A DNA stretch of 64,000 nt from the NCBI GenBank assembly GCA_012295275.1, contig CM022670.1, positions 36,394,001 through 36,458,000 on the forward strand. The letters are read 5' to 3'. The notes under the pieces are model-generated. The model was not told the origin of the DNA. It searched no databases and worked only from the letters and a program-made list of their open reading frames with translations. Made by a program: the position numbers and the translations under genes. Below, piece by piece: positions 56,624 to 64,000 of this stretch (position 1 is the first letter of the stretch; each line of letters opens with the position of its first letter). Source of the stretch: Chrysomallon squamiferum. Lineage: Eukaryota; Animalia; Mollusca.

Positions 56624-58932
56624 TCATGGCTTCTCCAAAAATCGAAACACATCACTTGCAATTTTCCAAACTTTAGCCTGTGAAATAAGAATAAAATTCT
56701 GACTGAATGCTTTCTTTTTGTTGTTGGCATATTTTACCGTTCCGAACACTGTCACAGCTATTGCCTTTTCACCTGGATTCAGGGGCTCTGTAAAACATAA
56801 AAATAAGTTTTAATTACAAACAGACAACAAGCAATTCTCTTAGGATGAAAACAAATGTTTAATGATACTTTATCAATACATCTAAAATATAAATAGCTAT
56901 TACATGTGTTATTACATTTACAATGAAACGGGCAACATTTAATTGTTTGTTATTAGAGGCTAAGGAGTTTTTAAGTACACCTTCCTACATACAGCTGTTT
57001 AGAAATGGAAATAATTGGAGCACCAAGGACAACTGAAAATATAACCAGTTCACTGCTTGACTGATTGTTAAGGTCAGATTGTTGGATGAAGTTTTTTGAG
57101 CCTAGCACAACAGAACACACAACAAAATGACATCAATTCCAAAATAAAAGACTACAAAAAACAAATGCAGTTAAAACCTCAGTAAAAAATAAATATGAAA
57201 TCTGTAATTGAAACAGTCTCTAAATATAAGTTATACAGAACACAACCAAGTTATTGGATGTTGTAAGCAATGCAATACACACATGCATACTGATGTATAT
57301 ATAATAATCTATCCCATTTTCCAAACATGCTTTGAGGTGAATTTTTATTTAATTAAAAAAAAAAAAAAAAAAAATGTACTTACCCACTAAAGGTTGACAA
57401 TTTAGTGAACTTAGCTGGTGTTCTGATGTAGGCAGTGCCTCAAAATACTTGAGTATTTCCTGAGACCCTGTGAGTGTGTTCCCGTTCCACACAACATTTG
57501 CTGTGTCCAAATACAACTTTCTAACCAGCTGAAAGAAAAACGACACAAATGAATTACTCACTCTTATACAAACCATTATGTCATTTTTACTAATTATTCA
57601 AAGCATTCGGTGAACTTCCATTTACAAACATATTAATTTGTTTACTAGATATTAATCTGTTTTCTATTGAAAGCAGTTGAAAAAAAAAAAAAAAAAAAAA
57701 AAAAATTTAAGAAAAAAAAAAAGAGAGCAATCTCAAGTTATCTCCCATTATTAATACAAATATTAGTTAATTTCTTAAATACTGTCAGTTCTGTTTCAGT
57801 TAATTTAATCCAATACTGGTTTAAACATCTGACCAATAAAATATTGGTTAAACCTATACAAGTAATTATTTCAAGTAATTAAAAAAGTAAACAAAAAAAC
57901 ACACAAAACAAGGCTAAGTTACTTACCTCTCATGTTTTTGATTATCAATAAACATGTTTATATGTACATTTTAGTTTGTATTAGCCCACCAATATTACTC
58001 TATAAATGCATTACTTATTAGCAGTTTACTATCATAATTTCTAATATTTTTAATTTAAAATAGCAAAAACATCCCAATAAAATTCTGTTAAAAATATAAA
58101 TCATAAAATGGTGGTAGGTGCATAAACTTCCATTATATATATAAACCTAACCAGATATCTATTGGTCATGGAGTCAGAATGCTCATCCAAAAAATAAAAT
58201 AAAATAAAATAAAATCAGACACACACACCTCAAAATCCCTTATTTTAGTGTTTTTTACAGCAGTCTTCTTAGTCAAATTGTTTTCTTTAATCATTGAGCT
58301 TTTAACTAGTTACAAACATCTGGTATACAGATTACATAAACAACAAAAGAATTTTAAAGTGATCAAAATAAAACTAAGGGAAATAGTTTTTTTTAAAGTT
58401 TTTTTTTATTTTTTTAAATTAATCGATATAGCTGATAATCATGAAATCAAATAATAATAATAATAATAATAATAAGTAAAAATATTTTTATTTTTATTTT
58501 TAAAAATAACAAAAATTCAATTTGGAACATTTGAAAATGTTTGTTAATTAGTTAACAAATACCAAACAGGAAGACATCCATGGTTGCCACACAATAACAG
58601 ATGACTTCATATATATATATATATACACACACGTAATACTACAGCCTTAAACATACCAAGTTTTTTTTTCAATCTAAAATACTAACAATATGCTGAATCA
58701 ACAAGATAAAATAAAACTTTAGTATATATTAATTATATGCTAAATATTTTTTCAAAAAGTGTATTTATCATGCATTATGATTCTTGCATATTTTTTTTTG
58801 TTATTTGAAACAGTATAAAATAAAAAAAAAATAAAATACAAATTAAAAAAAGAGAAAAAAATTATGCATATACAAATAAATTCAGATAATTCATTTCATA
58901 GAGTTAATATATGCTACTATAAAAATAAAAAA

Positions 58933-58963
<31 letters not shown>

Positions 58964-59232
58964 TTAAAAATAATGATAATAATAATTTTCTACTCTTAAA
59001 ATATTTTATGAAAGCCATCATCAAATTGTAATAAGTTTTTATTTATTTTATATTATATTCAAAGTAACCTTCAGTACTATTTTTGATTAATTCTGTACTT
59101 GAATATATCAGATGCTTCTTTTAACAGATAACAAAGTAATAAACTGATTTTTATATTTGTAAATAAGCAGTTAGGTTAATAATGAAATATATTAACTGAT
59201 TAAATATTTTTTGCTATTTTTAAAAAATAATC

Positions 59233-59303
<71 letters not shown>

Positions 59304-62300
59304 ATGATTAGAAATTACAATTTGTATTTTCTTCAATATATATATCTATATATTCAATATTTGGAAGAGAAGTCAAATTTTATACATATTAAAATTATCA
59401 TTTCATATTTTTGATTTTAGAAATGTTGATTTGTGTTAATGCAGAATTACAAACAACATAATTAACAAATCTTGAAAAAACATTACATATAGGCCTATGG
59501 GCATATTCAAAATGAATTATACAATTTAATCAAGTTAATAATTTTAATGCTACTTCTTTGCTATTATTAACATTGTGGTCTTTTTCAGAGGTTAAAGCAA
59601 CTGAAAAGAAGTTTTTTATATGATCTATTCCATTGTTATAATTATTATAGGTATGGATATATGTATACATAATTTCTAAAGTTTTAATTTAATTTTTTTG
59701 TTTTATCAGAGATTCTTGGATACCAGAAATTGTTGTTCTTTTTTGTTTCTCCTAATCATTAAGTCTACTAATTCTTCCCAAATGCAACTGCAAGGAATTG
59801 TTTTTATCATCCGCTAGTAAATCAGTCAACATGAGGAAATCAGCCAGTCTTCTTGGTATCAGTGCCTCAGTGCACAACATTTCTAACTTCTCCTTGATTC
59901 CAGGGCCCATTATATTTCGAATTGTTACTCGACATAAATGCAGCAGTGGTGGAACCACACTGCGGTAATCTTCAATCCATTTCAAAACATCAGTGTTATT
60001 AGCAAGTCCAGATGAAAGATTTCTAGGTTTTAACCACTGGGCCTCAACTTTACAACCAGCTTTCATTAACAACTTGATAACATTTAGGTTTGCACGTTCA
60101 AAAGCAATTTGCTAAAGGTGTCTGTGGAATTAACGTATGATTAGAATTGCCTACAATGTTTAATCGACAGTTTTCATGTAGAAGTAGTTTAATTATAGGA
60201 ATGTTTTGAACATCAACAGCAAGAGAAAGGGGAGTAGCACACAGTGCTGTTTCTGTATCAACTGAAGCTCCCAGTCTTAAGAGCATTTCCACCATACTCA
60301 CTGACTGGCAGGTAATTGCTAGTGACAGCAATGAGAGATTCTGAGGTGGCCTACAGTAATTCACATCTCCACCATATTTAGCTATAATAGGAACCAGATG
60401 TATATTGTTTTCCTGAACAGCTATCCAAAGTGGTGTCTTTCCATAGTTGTCGCTGGCATTTGGGTTGGCTCCTGCCAGAAGAATGCTTTCTACGCAGGCT
60501 TCATCACATTTTAAAATTGCCAGATGCAGCACTGACCTTCCTGAGATTGTTTTCACTTCGACATCAGCACCAGCATCAAGCAGCACTTTTACACACTGAA
60601 CATTCACCCGCATTGCATAGAGAGCTTTAAGCAAAGGTGTTGAGCCTTGACAGCACACAGCATTGACATTAGCACCACCATTAATCAACAGTTTAGACAG
60701 GGAGGCATCGCCCCGACTGGCAGCAAGATGCAAGGCAGTAATTTTAGTTGAAGAGCAGATGTTTGTATCACACCCAGTAGAAAGCAGGGCCTGTATTGTC
60801 TTCTTGTACTGGCCCTTGAAGGCAAACTCAAACTTAAATACAGCACGGAGAAGGGGAGATAAGCCCTGTTTGTTAACATTATTTACCAAACTGCTGTCAC
60901 ATGCAAGAAGAAATTCCACACAATGGAAATGCCCATGTCGACTGGCAATATGAAGGGCTGTGTCGCCTTCTTTGTTCTGAAGGGCCACATCTGCTCCAAG
61001 TCTGACAAGCAACTTTAAAGACATAAGATTTCCATGTTTGGTGATTATATGAATTGGTCCCCAACCTTTGAATCGAGGGATGATGAAATCAAATGGTTCA
61101 TCAAATGTCATGTTAACACTGGCTTTCCCAGACTCTAAAAGTAGAGTGATTACTTTCATGTCGTTGTCAACTAAAGCACGAAAGAAGTTTCTTAAAACAT
61201 TTGTATGTTCCTCACTTTCTGCTGCTAGTGTTTCCATGGCATCACTTGCTTGGTTGGCCATACTGTTGTGATCATTCATGTTTTTAAAAACCAGTCCTGT
61301 TGGAAGAAGGAGAAAGTAACTGAGAATGATGCATTTGGCTACAGTATTATCTTACAATTGTTTTTAATTCAGATTTTACCAATAAAAAAGATAACTTTGG
61401 AGTTTAGTAATTTTTTATTATAAATAAAAAAAAAAAAAATAAAAAAAAAAAAATCACCTGTACTGACAATTTTTATGTTCATTTATTTATTATTTATATT
61501 ATTAAAAAACTCCAAGGTTATCTCACATAAAAAGTTAATACATTCCATCAAGAACAGAAAAACTCAGTAACAGGTTTATGCTTAATAAATAAGATTATTA
61601 CAAAATATCTACTTTTTTAAACAAAAATTTGTAACCAAAGCAGCATCAGTTTCAATATATTTTTCCTTCTTTCACATATTATGTAATATTATTCATTACA
61701 TTTCAAATATGGAAACTGTAAACACTAATGATTAATTAACAGAACTAAAAATATCAGAACCATATTTATAAACTTGTTTTAATTGGGGATTTTTAAATAT
61801 TCTCTTAATATTTCAAAAATACTGATGAGAAATAAATATATTTTTTAAAAATTATACATAAATTAATCAAATGTATAATTTTCACAAAATAGCAGTTTTT
61901 AATATCAATCAAATCACCATACATCTGATTTATAATAATAATGTCATTTGTTATTGTTTTCTTCTTAAACTAATTAATGAGTAGTCTTTAACCTCATTTA
62001 CAAATATTATTTTAATCTACAAACACTGAAATAGTACTGTCTAATAAATACATGCATATAATAAACACGGTTTAAAACAAAACTCACATCTCTTTTCTTG
62101 TCGAAATGTTCATAAAAAAGCTTTGAGAACTCTTCAGCAGCTAAACAAGCTTGTTCACATTTCACATTAAAATTCTGCAAATAAGTAACAGACAACACAT
62201 TTAAAACCAAAATTTCTTTTATAAACCATATTTATCTAATAATAATACAAGTTATACTTATACTGTTGATTTCTAAAATTATTATTATTATTTATACTAG

Positions 62301-62525
62301 TATTAATTTATTATTACTACTACTACTAGTCTCTCTCGGTGGGTGATTCAATTATTTTTGTATTTCTCTAAATATAAATTCCTTTTTGAAAAATCATTTC
62401 AAGTCGCATTCAGCAAGATAACAATTTGTGTCATTCAAATAGCAATACTTATTTTTAGTTGTGCCATCTAATTTTAAAGACTACATCAGTTGTCCTCTAC
62501 GAACATTTACCTCTGTGGCCGCCAT
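56624..62525 (-). CDS. NXT1: NTF2-related export protein (NXT1/NXT2, p15; 136 aa)
   Basis: Exons 62511-62525, 62088-62174, 57384-57528, 56624-56787 (411 nt): MAATE|NFNVKCEQACLAAEEFSKLFYEHFDKKRD|LVRKLYLDTANVVWNGN...LPTSEHQLSSLNCQP|...FSQNFILISQAKVWKIASDVFRF. AATAAA lies just after the stop (tttatt at 56615-56620). Confidence 0.94.
59234..59300. repeat. (GA)n microsatellite in NXT intron 2, downstream of the ASB stop
   Basis: Seen directly. Confidence 0.95.
59752..61279 (-). CDS. Ankyrin repeat and SOCS box protein (ASB-like, about 508 aa), intronless CDS nested in NXT intron 2, with one +1 indel near 60112
   Basis: ORF 60098-61279 has about 10 ankyrin repeats (GDTALHIASRHGH, ITALHLAASRG, GSTPLLKA, GRSVLHLAI, GKTPLWIAV). 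Removing one base in CCTTTAGCAAATT gives QTPLQIAFERANLNVIKLLMKAG, which joins ORF 59752-60072. That ORF carries a SOCS box (VPPLLHLCRVTIRNIMG...LIPRRLADFL). The ASB subfamily cannot be assigned by eye. Confidence 0.88.
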
Positions 62526-63445
62526 TTTCGTTTCTGCCCTATATTTTCCTCACTTGAATAGAGAACCAGTTTTGTTCACCAAGCACTGAACTTTAGCTTT
62601 ATTTTTTGTAATATATAAACACAGGTTTTTAAAATAAATTATCCAGATATTTATTCCAGCTGTTATCTTCTTGCTATTTAATAATAATAGACAACAAATT
62701 TAAAATTATTATCTTTATCATATGAAACGATAAGGCCATTTTTGTTAAGTACCAAAGAAAGAATCGAAAGATGTTTATTTTTTATCAATAATTTTCTGTC
62801 ATCTTATTTTTCACCTCATTAAATTAAATTTATTTATTTATATTATTTATTTTCAAAGAAGAATTATATATTATAATAAAAGTATTATTTTGCTGGTACT
62901 CATTACACTTTACATCGATTAGCGACGTTTACTACTGCAGTTTCGAGAGTTTTCTCCCTTAACAATAATCAACTGGTTTTTAGTGCTTTGTATCACTATT
63001 GTTACTGTCACATAAATATATATATATTTTTTAGAAGAATCAGTCTGTTTCGAATCAAATGAAGTCACATAAATATTATAACAATGATCTAAAATAATTG
63101 TGTAGATTAACAGTAAAAGCGTTTTTCTTTCAGCATGGCTATGGGTAAGGATTAAATTCATTAATGTAAAATTTATTTTAGTTGAATGAATAATTATAAT
63201 TAACTATTAAGTATTATCTATAGATTATTTATTAATTTTTAAATGATTCCTACAGACGCAGGTTCTCAAAGTTGTTACATTTAATTTTTAAACATCATTT
63301 AATTTCAGGAAAGTGAATAAAAGAAATGAAATTAAAACAACAACAACAACAAATAAAACCCCCCCAAATCCTCAGAATTTTGTCTTTATGTAAACCAGGA
63401 TTTTGTCAGAACTATGATGGTGAATGTACTGCAGAATAAGAACAT

Positions 63446-63588
63446 CCAACAGTGATAATCAGTATTAGATGCCCCGACTCATACCCAACAGCAGTAGCAC
63501 TATTTGATGTTCAGACATTAATAATCACTGTTAGATACCCTTATACCCAACAGTGATAATCACTTTTAGATATCCTCATACCAAACAA
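63446..63588. repeat. Degenerate minisatellite, unit about 35 bp (CCAACAGTGATAATCACTGTTAGATACCCTCATAC-like), 3-4 copies
   Basis: Recurrent ccaacagtgataatca...ttagat...catac segments. Confidence 0.6.
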
Positions 63589-64000
63589 TATGGTATATTA
63601 CATATACTGTATGTGTGGCATATTTGCCCCCTGAGAAGTTCATAAAACCATGGTGATTTGGTTTTTAGAAATACATTTATATTTATTATTGACAATCTAC
63701 CAGTATTGATATTCATATGTGCCTGATAAAAACAAGAACTAGTTTATAAACCTATGCAGTAACCAGTGCTCTGTTACAGGTTAAATTACAAACAAAAAAG
63801 ATTGTAGATAATCATCAGTTTTTAAATTAAATCAATATTAATTTTATATTTTAAGGAGAGTGTCCAAGGAATAATAATAGCATATTTTCAAGTAAAACTG
63901 TTGTTTTTTAATTTGTTTTTTTTTTATGTCAATTTATACCTCTTTGTGAAAGTAAAAATTTAAAGTCATTTGTTCTGAATTGTCTTATAAACGTTTATTA

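Overview
Very AT-rich, intron-dense animal genomic DNA. It looks like an invertebrate, plausibly a lophotrochozoan or mollusc, but the taxon cannot be fixed from sequence alone. Six protein-coding genes can be reconstructed exon by exon: PCF11 (-, 14 coding exons, 5 small frameshifts that look like consensus errors), RAB30 (+), RAB33 (-), NAA15/16 (+, 22 exons, one U12-type intron and one GC-AG intron), NXT1/2 (-), and an intronless ankyrin-repeat/SOCS-box (ASB-like) ORF nested on the same strand inside NXT intron 2. NAA15 intron 9 carries a tandemly amplified SNORD62-like box C/D snoRNA (3 intact and 2 degenerate copies). The most interesting signals are: (1) the ASB exon has its own strong splice acceptor and appears to borrow the NXT promoter and first exons, giving either a uORF with an AUGA stop/start overlap or an NXT-ASB fusion; (2) PCF11-RAB30 and RAB33-NAA15 microsynteny is shared with human; (3) the polycistronic intronic snoRNA array shows compensatory changes; (4) PCF11 contains several repeated motifs. 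No CRISPR, tRNA or rRNA was seen.
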